Numbered from the stretch's first letter, positions 28,182-39,088 are shown. The stretch is 64,000 nt of DNA from Candidatus Heimdallarchaeota archaeon (GCA_016840095.1 JAEOSZ010000095.1:46060-110059); one strand, 5' to 3'. Notes: generated by a model not told the origin, from the letters alone. Made by a program: numbers and translations.

Positions 28182-29966
28182 ATGAGGAGAAATAACAAAA
28201 TGTTCGTAATGAAAACAAGTGAAATAATCAAAAGAGCTATGGCTCAAACCAAAGCTGATATCATCCTTCGTGGTGGAAAATATGTTAATGTTTTCACCAG
28301 AGAACTTCTTATTGGTGACATAGTAATGTCTGGAGGGAAAATAGTTCATATTGGTCTTAACACTAGTGATTTTGAAGGAGAACAAACTGAAGTTATTGAT
28401 GCTACTGGGAAAATCATCTGTCCTGGTTTAATTGAATCTCATATCCATATTGAATCCTCTAAATTAACAATTACCGAATTCACAAAAGCTGTAATAACAC
28501 ATGGGACAACTGCTGCAGTTATTGATCCTCATGAATTAGCTAATGTAACAGGACTAGGAGGTCTAGATGTTCTGTTTGATGAAGTTATAAAACAGAAAAT
28601 TAGATACTTTGTTGAAGCTCCTTCCTGTGTTCCTTCGCTTCCTGGATTCGAAACATCTGGTAGTGAGATTACAGCAAATGATATCGAAGAACTAATGAAA
28701 AGAGATGAGGTTTTTGCTCTAGCAGAGATGATGAACTATCCTGGAGTTTTTCTTGGTTTTGATGAAGTAATTAAGAAAATTGACGCTGCAAAGGATTCTA
28801 AAAAATTGGTTGAAGGACATGCACCTCTCCTCTCAGGCAAAGAACTTCAAACCTATATTGCCGCAGGCATTGTTTCTGATCATGAAGCATCATCACTTGA
28901 TGAAGCTCTTGAGAAGTTGAGATTAGGGATGAAACTCCAAGTTAGAGAAGGTTCATTTGCTAAAGATTTAGTAAACATAATGACAGAACTGAACAAACAA
29001 AGGATAGACACAAGACATATTCTAATTTCATCAGATGATCGAAATCCAATTGATCTATTTGAGAAAGGTCATCTTGATTATACATATAGACTTCTTGTTA
29101 ATAGTGGTATTGAACCATTAGAAGCTATACAAATGCTAACAATTAATCCTGCGATTCATCTTAGAGTTGATGATGAAATTGGCAGTTTAGGACCTGGAAA
29201 AAATGCTGATATCATTATTGTAGACAATCTGGAAGATTTCAATGTAGAATTAGTTTTTGTTAAAGGAGAACTTGTAGCAAAGGAAGGCAAAATCGAATAT
29301 CATTCAGAAAAGATTGACTATCCTGATTTCATTCTAGATACAGTCTCTAAACTTCAAATTCCTAAAATAGAGGATTTGCAGATTTTGGTAAAAGATAAAA
29401 CTTCTGTTAGTGTTAAAGTTATCTCTCTCAATGAAAATTCTCTAATCACAGATAATCTGAAACACTCGTTGAAAGTTGAAAATGATAAGGTTGTACCAGA
29501 TTTAGATAATGATATCTTACCGATAGTTGTTGTAAATAGACATACAGACGAACAAAGAATTGGAAAAGGGTTTGTAAAAGGACTTGGGATAAAAGAGGGA
29601 GCTTTAGCTAGTACTATAGCTCATGACAGTCATCAAGTAATCTGTGTAGGTACAGACTACCAATCGATGTGTAAAGCAATTTCTGCAATCAAGGAAGCAA
29701 AAGGTGGGCAAGTGGTTGTTTTCAAAGATAAAATAACGGTATTACCCTTAGAATTTGCTGGAATAATGAGTAGTTTACCTTTTGAAGAAGTAGTTTTCAA
29801 AACCCAGCAATTGAATGAATCTTTGCATGATTTGGAAACATCAATTTCGGAACCTTTCATGGCTCTAGCTTTTGTTTCTCTTCCAGTAATTCCTCACTTA
29901 AAAATAACTGATCACGGTTTGATTGATGTAGATTCAATGACAAAAGTTTCTGTATTTGAGGAATAG
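28182..29966 (+). CDS. ade: Adenine deaminase
   Basis: PGLIESHIHIESS, DPHE, AEMMNYPG, SDHE, REGS, AHDSH. Confidence 0.95.
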   Translation: MRRNNKMFVMKTSEIIKRAMAQTKADIILRGGKYVNVFTRELLIGDIVMSGGKIVHIGLNTSDFEGEQTEVIDATGKIICPGLIESHIHIESSKLTITEFTKAVITHGTTAAVIDPHELANVTGLGGLDVLFDEVIKQKIRYFVEAPSCVPSLPGFETSGSEITANDIEELMKRDEVFALAEMMNYPGVFLGFDEVIKKIDAAKDSKKLVEGHAPLLSGKELQTYIAAGIVSDHEASSLDEALEKLRLGMKLQVREGSFAKDLVNIMTELNKQRIDTRHILISSDDRNPIDLFEKGHLDYTYRLLVNSGIEPLEAIQMLTINPAIHLRVDDEIGSLGPGKNADIIIVDNLEDFNVELVFVKGELVAKEGKIEYHSEKIDYPDFILDTVSKLQIPKIEDLQILVKDKTSVSVKVISLNENSLITDNLKHSLKVENDKVVPDLDNDILPIVVVNRHTDEQRIGKGFVKGLGIKEGALASTIAHDSHQVICVGTDYQSMCKAISAIKEAKGGQVVVFKDKITVLPLEFAGIMSSLPFEEVVFKTQQLNESLHDLETSISEPFMALAFVSLPVIPHLKITDHGLIDVDSMTKVSVFEE

Positions 29967-30015
29967 TTTAACTTGCTTTCATAACCTTTTTAATTTCTCT
30001 TTTTCTTATTCAATC

Positions 30016-30735
30016 ATGACTGAACTACTCTTTCAACAAGATTCTTACATCAGGGAATTTGAAGCAGAAATTATAGATGTGTTTGAAGATACCATCCTTC
30101 TAGATAAAACCGCTTTCGCACCTAAAGGAGGAGGACTAATGCCAGATCAAGGTATTCTACAGTTTGATGATGGCTATCAATGTGAAGTGATTGATGTGTA
30201 TTCTAAAAGTGGAAAAGTATATCACAAACTCTCATTAGTTCCTGATGAAACATACATAGGAAAAACAGTGAAGGGGATAATTGATTGGGAAAGAAGAAAT
30301 AAACAGATGAGACTGCATACATTGATCCATACAATTTCAAGTATACTGTATAAAAAATATGGAACAACAGTTACAGGAGGAAATATTACACCTGAAAAAA
30401 GTAGAGTGGATTTCGATATTGATCATTTAAGACAAGAGAGAGTTCAGGAAATTGAAGCTGCTGTTAGGGAAATTATAGCTGGTGATCACAAAGTGTCAGT
30501 TTCTTTTTTAGAGAGACAAGAAGCACTGAAAGATCCAGAACTGATTAGAACAAAAGTAAACTTGATTCCAGAAAGTGTGAAAATTTTGAGAATAGTGGAA
30601 ATAGAAGATGTTGATCGTCAAGCAGATGGAGGAGTTCATGTAAGAAGTACAAAGGAAATTGGTACTTTTGTTCCACTAAAAACGGAAAATAGAGGGAAAG
30701 ATAAGAAACGACTTTACTTCACAATCTCTCCATAA
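30016..30735 (+). CDS. alaX: Alanyl-tRNA editing protein AlaX (start moved to ATG 30016)
   Basis: LLFQQDSY, TAFAPKGGG, MRLHTLIH, QADGGVH. Confidence 0.92.
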   Translation: MTELLFQQDSYIREFEAEIIDVFEDTILLDKTAFAPKGGGLMPDQGILQFDDGYQCEVIDVYSKSGKVYHKLSLVPDETYIGKTVKGIIDWERRNKQMRLHTLIHTISSILYKKYGTTVTGGNITPEKSRVDFDIDHLRQERVQEIEAAVREIIAGDHKVSVSFLERQEALKDPELIRTKVNLIPESVKILRIVEIEDVDRQADGGVHVRSTKEIGTFVPLKTENRGKDKKRLYFTISP

Positions 30736-30822
30736 ATTTTTTTCTGTAGGGTTAACCGATAAGGTTAAAAATGTGTTATATTCAACGATAAAACAAATAT
30801 ACTAGTAATTAAAGGGATATAT

Positions 30823-31788
30823 ATGAAAAAAAGCAGATTCGTTGGTTTACTCGCTATTTTAGTGGTTTTAAGTTCTTCTTCAACCAATATGTGGACTGCT
30901 TCAGCTGTCTATAATCATATTCAACAAGGTAGTCTCGGATTGAATGATGATATACATCATGATGTATATGCTCCTAGTATCGTAAACATGACACAATTGG
31001 ATGCTTATGAATATCATAATGATGTTAGAGGAGATAAAAAATACAGATGGAAAGTTGACGAATTAGAAATTACTGATAACTTCCATATTGCTGAAGGTGA
31101 TAAAAATCTTAAAATCGGAGATAAACTTATTATTAGTCTTGGGGATGATCCCTCAAACCAATTAGCCCAACCTCATGTATGGTGTTTGATTTATGTCAAT
31201 GATGTAATGGCTAGATACACTAATGATGTAGCACATGGTAGAGCAGTTTTCAAATTTGTGCAACCAATTGGAATAAATTATTATGAAAACTTTACTGACC
31301 CATATTATAACTCAACAGTATTTTTAGACTATTATGAAGCAAATTACAATTATACACAATTTAATGAAACTCACTATGGTCAGATATTCTTTTACAATGA
31401 AACAAGCTTTTTTGATTATTTAGACACTTCTCCATTTATCAATAAAACCCTATGGACTATAGAAGAATCAGTCGCAAGATACTCTAATACAATTATAACA
31501 GAAATAAACAATGTAACTAACATAGAACTGATCTATGACAAGGAAACAGGGTTCCTTAACGAGATGTATTATTCTGCTAGTTTTATAAATGGAACAGGAT
31601 ATTTTGCAGGAGTAAACATGACGTTGATTAGGCTTCATGGATGGGGATTACCTTACACAGTTACTACATGGGTAGTATGGATCCCTATACTTCTCATTAC
31701 AGTAGGACTTATAGTTGCTATAAGACTACGTGCTTTCCAGAGATTTAGACTCTACTTAGAGGCAAGAAAAATTGCTCAAAGAGAATAG
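30823..31788 (+). CDS. Secreted glycoprotein with C-terminal TM anchor
   Basis: Signal peptide, about 10 N-x-S/T sequons, C-terminal TM. Confidence 0.75.
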   Translation: MKKSRFVGLLAILVVLSSSSTNMWTASAVYNHIQQGSLGLNDDIHHDVYAPSIVNMTQLDAYEYHNDVRGDKKYRWKVDELEITDNFHIAEGDKNLKIGDKLIISLGDDPSNQLAQPHVWCLIYVNDVMARYTNDVAHGRAVFKFVQPIGINYYENFTDPYYNSTVFLDYYEANYNYTQFNETHYGQIFFYNETSFFDYLDTSPFINKTLWTIEESVARYSNTIITEINNVTNIELIYDKETGFLNEMYYSASFINGTGYFAGVNMTLIRLHGWGLPYTVTTWVVWIPILLITVGLIVAIRLRAFQRFRLYLEARKIAQRE

Positions 31789-31905
31789 AATCACATCTCT
31801 TTCTTTTTATTTTTTATAAGTTTTCAGAGTTCTTTTTATCCAATTTTCCCCCAAACGAAAACGTTATATGTTTCTTTAACAGTTTTTTTCTTCCTAAGAA
31901 AAGTA

Positions 31906-33465
31906 ATGAATTTTAATGTAAAAAACTATGGATTGATTTTAATGACTACATTAAAGACTAAAAAAGTTGATTTGGAAGTAGAAAGAGATTTTGCTCTACT
32001 TAATACAACTACACTAAATGATTTAAAAATTAAGCATTCTGCTAATGTAAAAGTGAAAAGTGATGCTGGCGAAATTATGTGTGAAGTAATTGCCACAGAT
32101 GAACTCATCGAACCAGGTTTTGTTGGTTTAAAATCTGGGACTCTTGAACTTCTAAAAGTAGCTCAGAATAAGAAGGTGAGTGTTTTCGTTAGACGAAGAC
32201 CAGCATCAATCGAATATGTGAAGAATAAAAGACAAGGAAGTATATGGAAAGAGGGAGAAATAAGAACTATTGTCAATGATATTTGCAGTGGCCAATATAC
32301 TGACCTAGAAATTTCTATGTTTACACTTGCTCAATATTATCTCGGATTAAATATGGATGAAATTCAGTATCTTACAACCTTTATGGCTGAATATGGAACA
32401 ACTCTTAATTTTGGGGAACCTGTTTATGATAAGCATTCTATAGGGGGAATTCCTGGAAATAAAGTAAGTCTTATGATTGTTCCTACTGTAGCTGCAGCTG
32501 GTTTACTTATACCCAAAACAAGTTCTAGAGCTATCACAAGTCCATCAGGAACAGCTGATACGATGGAAGTTCTCTGTGATGTGAACTTCTCTGCTGATGA
32601 AATATTAGAAATAGCACCTAAGGTTAGAGGTATGTTAGTTTGGGGTGGAACTTTAGATTTATCTCCTCTCGATGAGATAGTAATTCATAAAGTTGAACAA
32701 CCACTTGGAATTGATCCCCATAGTCAAATGCTTGCTAGTATCTTTAGCAAAAAAGTATCAACAGGAGTTGATCATATGGTTCTTGATATTCCAACAGGAG
32801 AGGGAACAAAAATGCCAACAAAAGAGGATGCAATAAATTATGCTCATGAAGCTACTGAACTTGGTAGAAGACTTGGAATTCAAATAGAAGCAGCTTTAAG
32901 TTACGGTGAGCAACCTCTTGGAAAAGCAATAGGTCCAGCACTTGAGGCTAGAGAAGCTCTAGATGTTCTTTCTGGTAAAGGTCCAACTAGTGTTTTTGAG
33001 AAAAGTAATGAGCTTTCTGGTATTTTATTTGAACTAGCTGGACTTGCACCAGCTGGACAAGGTGCTACTTTAGCCGCCGATTATATAACTAAAGGTAAAG
33101 CAAAAGCAAAAATGGAAGAAATTATTGGAGTCCAAGGTGGAAATGCATCTATAACAGTAGAAGAAATTGCTGTTGGAGAATATACAGTTGATGTCATAGC
33201 TCCAAAGGATGGCTACATCGTAAAATTGTCGAACTCGGCAGTCAAAAGAATAGCTAAAGCAGCTGGGACACCAAGACACAAAGAAGCTGGTGTCTATCTC
33301 CACAAGAAAATTGGTGACTTTTGCAAGAAAGATGAGAAACTAATGACCATTTATTCTAACAGTGAAGGAAGGCTAACTGAAGCTCTCAACCTAGCTATGA
33401 ATTTAAATCCATTTTTATTAGAAGGAATGATCATGAAAAGAATATCTTCTGGTGGTCCAAGGTAA
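31906..33465 (+). CDS. AMP phosphorylase (archaeal thymidine-phosphorylase family)
   Basis: DKHSIGGIPGNK, PKTSSRAITSPSGTAD, GPALEARE; N-terminal extension. Confidence 0.93.
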   Translation: MNFNVKNYGLILMTTLKTKKVDLEVERDFALLNTTTLNDLKIKHSANVKVKSDAGEIMCEVIATDELIEPGFVGLKSGTLELLKVAQNKKVSVFVRRRPASIEYVKNKRQGSIWKEGEIRTIVNDICSGQYTDLEISMFTLAQYYLGLNMDEIQYLTTFMAEYGTTLNFGEPVYDKHSIGGIPGNKVSLMIVPTVAAAGLLIPKTSSRAITSPSGTADTMEVLCDVNFSADEILEIAPKVRGMLVWGGTLDLSPLDEIVIHKVEQPLGIDPHSQMLASIFSKKVSTGVDHMVLDIPTGEGTKMPTKEDAINYAHEATELGRRLGIQIEAALSYGEQPLGKAIGPALEAREALDVLSGKGPTSVFEKSNELSGILFELAGLAPAGQGATLAADYITKGKAKAKMEEIIGVQGGNASITVEEIAVGEYTVDVIAPKDGYIVKLSNSAVKRIAKAAGTPRHKEAGVYLHKKIGDFCKKDEKLMTIYSNSEGRLTEALNLAMNLNPFLLEGMIMKRISSGGPR

Positions 33466-33474
33466 AGAACAAAA

Positions 33475-33927
33475 CTAATCTTCTATTTCTTCTTTTTTTA
33501 ATACCATTTTGTTCATATAGAGAGATTGATCAAAAAACATGATCTCAAATCCAACTTTTGACCAAAATGGTTGAACAAAAGGTGAACAACAAAGCTGTAT
33601 GGTGTCTTCTTCAATTACATTATTTATTAAAACTTGAGCACATTTGTAACCAAGACCTTTCCTTCGCATATCCTCTCTAACTTCAAAAACATAGATAATT
33701 GGACATCCAACTGAAACAAAACCTCCTTCATAGTCAGGTTCATCCGGAATTACAGCTGTAACAGCCACAAGATCTTGCTTAAGGAAGAATCCATAACACT
33801 TAATCTGTTCATCAAAAAACATTCTGTAAGATACAAAGAATGGAAATAGATGACCAGGAACCTCATCATAGTCAATGATTTGGACTTTTAGGTTAGCTAA
33901 TTCAGGATTTTCTTCCATCAAATGCAC
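33475..33927 (-). CDS. GNAT family acetyltransferase
   Basis: EVREDMRRKGLG motif A; FWSKVGF. Confidence 0.85.
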   Translation of the reverse strand: MHLMEENPELANLKVQIIDYDEVPGHLFPFFVSYRMFFDEQIKCYGFFLKQDLVAVTAVIPDEPDYEGGFVSVGCPIIYVFEVREDMRRKGLGYKCAQVLINNVIEEDTIQLCCSPFVQPFWSKVGFEIMFFDQSLYMNKMVLKKEEIED

Positions 33928-34045
33928 CTTATGAATAATTTAAATTGTGTTTTTACTTCTAATAAAATTAATTATGGTACTAAAACCTTTAAGAGCGGAA
34001 GATTTTTTATTAAAGAGTAAATGTATTTTTTGTTGAGGAGATACA

Positions 34046-35248
34046 ATGTCTGGTTTTGATTTCGTTGAAGAAGCAATGTTCGGAAAGTCTATTTTCAAAA
34101 ATGAATCAACTCTCTATCCTGAATATGTTCCACCAGAACTACCTAGACGAGAAGAGGAGATACAAAGACTCGCTAGAAATTTTAGGTCTTTATTGGGTGC
34201 AGAAGGGTCTTTTTCAGTCAATGTAGCTATAGTAGGGAACGCAGGAATTGGAAAGACTAATTTATGCAAGTATACTATGAAAAGGTTTGAAACTACAGCT
34301 AATTCCAGAAACATAAATGTAAAGTTTCTATATTATAATTGCCACTCATTTAGGAGTAAAACAGCTATATTAAGAAATATTTTGTCAGAACATTTTCATA
34401 TCCAATCTCGTGGATTCAGTGATGAGGAAATTCTTGATATGTTGGTTAAAAGACTATCAAGAGAGGACATCAGATTGATAATTGCTCTTGATGAAGCAAA
34501 TATGTTAAATTCAGAAGATATCTTGAGTATTTTTCATGCAGGAGAATATTTTGGCTCAGAACAAAGTATGATTTCAACGATAATTATATCAAGGCCTACT
34601 GAATGGAAGTCTCTTCTTAATGTTCCATTATCAGGTCATATACATGATCAAATGGATATCTCAGGTTACTCAAGAGACCAACTATTAGAGATCCTTGAGT
34701 ATCGAGCAAGCATGGCGCTCTATCCAACTTCTTACTCTGAAGAAACTCTAAATCTTATAGCTGATATATGTGCTTCATCACAAAATGCTAGACATGGGAT
34801 TGAAATTCTCTACCGATCTGGAAAATTGGCTGACTTAAAACAAGAAAATTTTATTGTTCCTGATTACATTAGAGCTGCAAAAGCAGATGTTTACCCTGAA
34901 CTGAGAAGAGATGTTTTAGCTGAACTTAGAGATCATGAGTTATTAGCAGCTTTAGGTGTTGCTAGAAAACTTTCATTGAAAGGAATAACATCAACTACTG
35001 TGGATGAAGGTTACGATAGCTATCTCATAACCTGTGAAGAATATGGAGAAGAATCTCGCGGAAAATCAACCTTTCGATCTGCTATTGAAACATTGGATAA
35101 AGTTGGTGTAATTGGTAAAAGTGTTGGACCAATTGAAGAAGGTAAAAGAGGTAGAAGGGCAAAAATAACTACTTTTGATATACCTGCTACAGTTCTAGTA
35201 GAAAGAATTGAGAATATCTTATCAAAACCAAGAGATTCAAAGGAATAA
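34046..35248 (+). CDS. cdc6: Orc1/Cdc6 replication initiator
   Basis: YVPPELPRRE, Walker A GNAGIGKT, Walker B IALDEA, C-terminal wHTH with GKRGR. Confidence 0.95.
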   Translation: MSGFDFVEEAMFGKSIFKNESTLYPEYVPPELPRREEEIQRLARNFRSLLGAEGSFSVNVAIVGNAGIGKTNLCKYTMKRFETTANSRNINVKFLYYNCHSFRSKTAILRNILSEHFHIQSRGFSDEEILDMLVKRLSREDIRLIIALDEANMLNSEDILSIFHAGEYFGSEQSMISTIIISRPTEWKSLLNVPLSGHIHDQMDISGYSRDQLLEILEYRASMALYPTSYSEETLNLIADICASSQNARHGIEILYRSGKLADLKQENFIVPDYIRAAKADVYPELRRDVLAELRDHELLAALGVARKLSLKGITSTTVDEGYDSYLITCEEYGEESRGKSTFRSAIETLDKVGVIGKSVGPIEEGKRGRRAKITTFDIPATVLVERIENILSKPRDSKE

Positions 35249-35251
35249 AGT

Positions 35252-35485
35252 TTAGTTAACACAGATCATAGTCATAGAATTCTTTACTCCTTCTACGATT
35301 ATGTTATTGTTCAAAACTTGATTTTTTAGTTCATCCATTGTATCAAATTCAATCTTAACTATTAAATCATATATGCCATAGACTGCATAAACTTCTGTTA
35401 CTTCGACCATATCTTTGAGTCCTTCCTGTACTTTCTCTAACATACCTGATTGGACGTTTAGAAGGATGTAAGCTGCTTGTGTCAT
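35252..35485 (-). CDS. Stand-alone Lrp/AsnC ligand-binding (RAM) domain (start moved to ATG 35485)
   Basis: AYILLNV...VYGIYDLIVKI...GVKNSMT. Confidence 0.88.
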   Translation of the reverse strand: MTQAAYILLNVQSGMLEKVQEGLKDMVEVTEVYAVYGIYDLIVKIEFDTMDELKNQVLNNNIIVEGVKNSMTMICVN

Positions 35486-35580
35486 TTTTATGGTATACTC
35501 CTTTTGAACTGTTAGTTGCGAATGCATTTAAAAAAACTAACATACAGACATACCAATAAAAAAAAAGAAAAAAAGGTGAA

Positions 35581-36861
35581 TTATTGTTGTTGAATCTTTA
35601 ATCTCACTTTACATGCTGGGCAGGTTCCATTTCCTACTACCCACTGGTAAAGATGATTTTTGTGAAATGCTATATCGCATGAAGGACATCGTATAATATT
35701 CTCCTTGTTGGTTATTGTTTGCATACAAATTGAGCAAGCAACTGTAACAGCTTCATTTGTAACTAAATCGTAATTTATATCAGTACTCTTAAAATTAATT
35801 TTGTATGAATGATTTGGAGAATACTCAACCTTGTTCCTATTTAGTTCGAATTCTGATGAATTTCTAGCTCTTTTGCGTTTATAAGCCTTAAATACACTGA
35901 AAGATCCGATTATGTAGAGAATACATACAATTGTATAGATTAGTGGTTTAAAATTAAATGGTGGAGAATAGATATACGTATACTCTTCTTCAATTGTCCA
36001 TAAAAATGGCCAGTGTGAATGGTGATAATCGATAGGGATTTGATAGATGTCTTTTGAGCCAATATTAAGAAAAACTCTAGCAATATTTTCTGTTTGTATG
36101 TGATCATAATACATCCGAATCTGAATTTCATTTTCTAAATCATAACCTGAAAAGTTGAAGTTTATTTCATACCATTCACCTTCGTATACTCCTTCATCAA
36201 CATACATTTCTAATTCAGAAACATCGCTTACTGCAAAATTATCCAACATAGTTTCAACAGTATCTTGATTGGAATCTACAAGGTTAACTGTGTAATTGTC
36301 AGGATCTAAATATCTACTATTTAATATGAAGCAGAGTTTGTTAATGCTGTAATAGTATTCATAGAATCTTTCAACGCTGAAATAGTATTGTTGTTCCAAT
36401 TGTATGTTGAGTGAATAAGACCAAAGTGGATATATATCCAAAGTTGTTAAATCAAAGACACATTCCTCTATGTATAGTGAGCTTGTTCTAATTCTTACTA
36501 TTCCATTGATAGCTTCAATACTAGTAAAATGATGAGTTGTAGTATCTCCATGATTTATTAACCAGCTATCATAGATTATGTCATCTGAGTCTCGTACTAG
36601 TTCAACCATTAAGCCATTGTATGGGCCTTGAAGAGTGTTTCCCCAAGATGATACAGTAATATTAAACTCAAAAATCTCTCCTTCGATATGTAAGAAGTAT
36701 TCACTCTTGTTCATTTCTGAACTTACTTGTAATTTGTATGTCTTATCCACGGCTTCAACAAAGAATTCATTATTAGAATTCAATCCTTTTACTAAATATA
36801 GGGATGTAAATATTATTGAAAAGCAAACAAAAAAAAGAATAAGAGTCTTTGATTTTCCCAT
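35581..36861 (-). CDS. Type I membrane protein with cytoplasmic RING finger (E3-ligase-like); start moved to ATG 36861
   Basis: Signal peptide, ectodomain, TM, then CSIC...CPSC...HKNH...W...CPAC. AGGTGA just upstream of the start. Confidence 0.85.
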   Translation of the reverse strand: MGKSKTLILFFVCFSIIFTSLYLVKGLNSNNEFFVEAVDKTYKLQVSSEMNKSEYFLHIEGEIFEFNITVSSWGNTLQGPYNGLMVELVRDSDDIIYDSWLINHGDTTTHHFTSIEAINGIVRIRTSSLYIEECVFDLTTLDIYPLWSYSLNIQLEQQYYFSVERFYEYYYSINKLCFILNSRYLDPDNYTVNLVDSNQDTVETMLDNFAVSDVSELEMYVDEGVYEGEWYEINFNFSGYDLENEIQIRMYYDHIQTENIARVFLNIGSKDIYQIPIDYHHSHWPFLWTIEEEYTYIYSPPFNFKPLIYTIVCILYIIGSFSVFKAYKRKRARNSSEFELNRNKVEYSPNHSYKINFKSTDINYDLVTNEAVTVACSICMQTITNKENIIRCPSCDIAFHKNHLYQWVVGNGTCPACKVRLKIQQQ

Positions 36862-36865
36862 CAAA

Positions 36866-38953
36866 TCACCTCTTTTTCTGTTTATAAAACCCAAGTAAAG
36901 CTGCTAATCCAAGAACTGCTATAGCTACTGGCCATGATAAACCCTCAGTTTGATAATAGTGTTCATATGGTGTATATTCCGATTCATAAGTAAACCCTAC
37001 TTCAATCTGTCCAGTATGGTAGTCAGCAACAACTAGCATTAAGTATTCCTCTTCAGCCAATTCAACAGAGGCATATTTCTTGGATAGGTATTCCAAAGAC
37101 GATGCGTTGAAAACATAGATTCCAGTTTGAACTTCTTTAGAATCAGCATAAAATTGACGATTTTCTTCATCTTGGAATCGATTATCTATTCTGTATAGAT
37201 ATACATCATTATAATCTATCGCTACAGTGAAAGTTTCCTTGAATTCTACAGTTTCTGGGATAACATTGGCAATGATCACACTTACACATCCTGAAGCGAT
37301 AAGCGATACTTTTACAGTATGTTCAGCTGGAACAATTAATGAATCAACTTGAGAATCAATTTTATTTATTAAAATCGTTGAACTATCTATATCTGCTGCC
37401 ATTATATCGTAGAAGTCATGGCTATCGCTAAATATAATTCCATAAGAATCATCATTTGAAGCACCTGTTAGGCGCAATATCACTTGTTGATTTGGCATAA
37501 GAGTTATCTCTTTTTTACTAGAAACAGGTATGATGGAATATTCATAACTGCTAGAAAGATCTACTATTTGTTCTTCTGAAAAAATTTCGTTTCCAATCCA
37601 ATCCTTTGTATATATTTTATAGTATAGGTTTTGATCTTGATAGTCGTATGCTAGTGATAAACAGTAAGAATCATTGAATAAAGATGTTGCATTTGAAATG
37701 GTCCAAAATGGAGTATTATCAAATTTGTAATATATTTCTACAAATGGTATGCCAGTTACATCCTTTACCTCACTCATAATGGTGACAAATTTTTCATCGG
37801 TTAGAAAGTCTTCACTGAAGTAAATCCAAGTATCAATTTCAGGAGGAATCTCATCTAGAAGAACTACAAATTCTCTCGCAAAAAATTCTCTGACTCCTGG
37901 GTCAATTTCATAAGTTAGATTTGCTATGATTTTGAAATCTAATTCAATTGAATACAGTACTATTAACTCTCCAATTAAGTCTGGAATATCTTCAGTTTGA
38001 GGATATTCAGTTCCAATTTCGATGTATGTACCACCAGTTATATCAGCTCCTGGTATTAATTCTCCTCTAGTAATCTCTTGAGCTGTACTAGATCCACCAC
38101 TTGCCATTATAGGACAGAGAATAAAATTTTCTGCTGCATACTGTCCATATAATTCTATAAGATCACTATTGAATCTTATTAATGATCCACTATTATTTGG
38201 TTCATCAGTAATTACAATAACTAACTTAACTGCATTTAATCTCCACTCAAGATAGTTCTTAGCACAATACAAAGCATCACCCCAGGGCTCTTGACCACCT
38301 GAAGTTCCTCTATTAGAAAGGACATCGACAATAACTGAAATATCTGAAGTTAGATGAGTAATCAAACTATTTGATATCAATGGATTATACAAAGGATCTC
38401 CTCCAAAGAGTATCAATCCAACACGAAGGTCAGGAACTTCAGCTTTAATCTCATCAACAACATTGATTAGCTCCTCTATTAGAGCGTCTATCTCATCGTT
38501 CATCGATCCAGATTGATCAAGAACAATAGCAAGATCAAGAGCTTCAGAAGCTGTTCCTCCCTCTGTTACTGTTACAATTGTTTTTTCATCAGTTATCCAT
38601 GATTCTCCAGCTGCCAATGAATCCTTTGAAAATAAAGTTGGATCCAGAACTGCACCATAGCCATTTGTTTCTGTAGAAACCTCCAATAAATTCATTTCTT
38701 GATCTGAAATGTTTGTGATATTGAAGCTAGCAGAGAAAGAATCACCAGGTCGTACACTTGGAATGTTATCCTCTCTTTGAGAAGGCAAGTTAGTTATCAT
38801 TTCAATTGAAATGTTATCTGTTGCACTTGTTATATTAGTCTCTAAAGGACTTGTTTCATTTAAAAAAAACTCAGTTTTAGAATGTGCTTGAATGCTAGGA
38901 AGAATCATAGCAACCAGCACAAAAGTCAAAATAATCTTTCCTTTTATTTTCAT
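36866..38953 (-). CDS. Secreted vWA-domain surface protein with C-terminal anchor (start moved to ATG 38953)
   Basis: MIDAS DQSGS, GGQEPWGDAL, VIVITDEP; C-terminal TM then KQKKR. Confidence 0.88.
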   Translation of the reverse strand: MKIKGKIILTFVLVAMILPSIQAHSKTEFFLNETSPLETNITSATDNISIEMITNLPSQREDNIPSVRPGDSFSASFNITNISDQEMNLLEVSTETNGYGAVLDPTLFSKDSLAAGESWITDEKTIVTVTEGGTASEALDLAIVLDQSGSMNDEIDALIEELINVVDEIKAEVPDLRVGLILFGGDPLYNPLISNSLITHLTSDISVIVDVLSNRGTSGGQEPWGDALYCAKNYLEWRLNAVKLVIVITDEPNNSGSLIRFNSDLIELYGQYAAENFILCPIMASGGSSTAQEITRGELIPGADITGGTYIEIGTEYPQTEDIPDLIGELIVLYSIELDFKIIANLTYEIDPGVREFFAREFVVLLDEIPPEIDTWIYFSEDFLTDEKFVTIMSEVKDVTGIPFVEIYYKFDNTPFWTISNATSLFNDSYCLSLAYDYQDQNLYYKIYTKDWIGNEIFSEEQIVDLSSSYEYSIIPVSSKKEITLMPNQQVILRLTGASNDDSYGIIFSDSHDFYDIMAADIDSSTILINKIDSQVDSLIVPAEHTVKVSLIASGCVSVIIANVIPETVEFKETFTVAIDYNDVYLYRIDNRFQDEENRQFYADSKEVQTGIYVFNASSLEYLSKKYASVELAEEEYLMLVVADYHTGQIEVGFTYESEYTPYEHYYQTEGLSWPVAIAVLGLAALLGFYKQKKR

Positions 38954-39088
38954 TTGTATCAATATATCATTATTCTGAGATATTAATAAATGTTTCTCAT
39001 GTGGCTGTTTTTGCCTTTCTAATTCACCCTTATAAAGAGATATCAAAATTCCGATATGTTTATATAGTTCTTTTGTATTTTTTACTTA

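Noticed and set aside
33928-34045. Replication origin next to cdc6
   Set aside because: The gap is only 118 bp, with no ORB repeats or G-string.
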